From contig CAZFRR010000176.1 of assembly GCA_964521405.1 (NCBI GenBank), positions 16,285 through 80,284 of the forward strand: a DNA stretch of 64,000 bases. The letters are read 5' to 3'. The stretch comes from an uncultured Streptomycetaceae bacterium. Its GTDB lineage: Bacteria; Pseudomonadota; Gammaproteobacteria; Burkholderiales; SG8-41. A model generated the notes under the pieces. That model searched no databases and was not told the DNA's origin. It saw only the letters and a list, made by a program, of their open reading frames with translations. A program made the translations under genes and the position numbers. The number at the start of each line of letters is the position of its first letter. The stretch's first letter is position 1. Positions 63,566 to 64,000 of this stretch are shown here, piece after piece.

Positions 63566-64000
63566 ATGGGAAAGCCGACATCAGTCCGTGCAGTAGCAAA
63601 ACCGTCGAACCGGTTTTATTTAGTTTTGCACTCCACGGCGATCGTTGCTCTCGCCGCGCTTCCAATCCCGATGACGAGTCCGAGTGCGGTGGCGCAAAAC
63701 TACCCTTCGCGGCCGCTGCGGGTGGTGGTGCCGTTCGCGCCGGGCGGTGCGGTGGATCTCGTCGCGCGGACCGTCGCGCCGAAGCTCTCCGAGGCGCTGG
63801 GCCAGCCGGTGGTGGTGGACAACCGCGGCGGCGCCGGGGGCACGATAGGCACCGATATCGTCGCGAAGGCGCGGCCGGACGGTCACACGCTGCTCGTAGC
63901 CAGCATGGGCGTTGCGGTCAACGCGGTGCTCTATCCGAAGCTGCCGTACGACACGCTGAAGGACCTCGCGCCGGTCACCTCGCTGGGCGAGCAGCCCAAC
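63566..64000 (+). CDS. Bug/TctC-family substrate-binding protein (5' part; runs off the window end)
   Basis: Not in the ORF track (no stop). My translation: MGKPTSVRAVAKPSNRFYLVLHSTAIVALAALPIPMTSPSAVAQNYPSRPLRVVVPFAPGGAVDLVARTVAPKLSEALGQPVVVDNRGGAGGTIG... Confidence 0.75.
   Translation, partial: MGKPTSVRAVAKPSNRFYLVLHSTAIVALAALPIPMTSPSAVAQNYPSRPLRVVVPFAPGGAVDLVARTVAPKLSEALGQPVVVDNRGGAGGTIGTDIVAKARPDGHTLLVASMGVAVNAVLYPKLPYDTLKDLAPVTSLGEQPN

Overview
High-GC (by eye about 65%) betaproteobacterial-type chromosomal segment. The housekeeping synteny is conserved: oxyR/katG, dut-coaBC/radC-rpmB-rpmG, purN-purM/hda-HAD-pcnB-folK-dNK-panB-panC, queA-tgt-yajC-secD-secF, purB. Six Bug/TctC binding-protein genes suggest a Burkholderiales-like host. 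I call about 64 protein genes, one tRNA-Leu(CAA), four intrinsic terminators and one sigma-54 promoter.

Three things stand out:

1. At 55.3-64.0 kb a gene set is duplicated. Each copy has an MmgE/PrpD enzyme, a Bug binding protein, an uncharacterised ~340-aa protein, and a small gene interrupted by an in-frame TGA at codon 99 (motifs U-G-S-S and U-G-S-C). Homology continues across the TGA and a hairpin lies just downstream, so these are candidate selenoproteins. I regard this as a candidate uncharacterised carboxylate-processing redox system.

2. About 40 intergenic elements are built from short tandem repeats of period 7-10 nt. Most are arranged as two mutually complementary arrays, so the hairpin arms are themselves made of tandem repeats. 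By my hand tally they cover roughly 3.6 kb, or 5-6% of the window. They abut or overlap stop codons, start codons and one signal peptide. The unit sequence differs between loci but stays complementary within a locus.

3. A lower-GC islet at 13.7-15.5 kb looks like a decayed integron. It has an internally deleted intI-like remnant and two minus-strand cassettes (cupin, methyltransferase), each followed by an attC-like imperfect palindrome.

Everything here comes from reading the sequence and from remembered family motifs. No searches were run.
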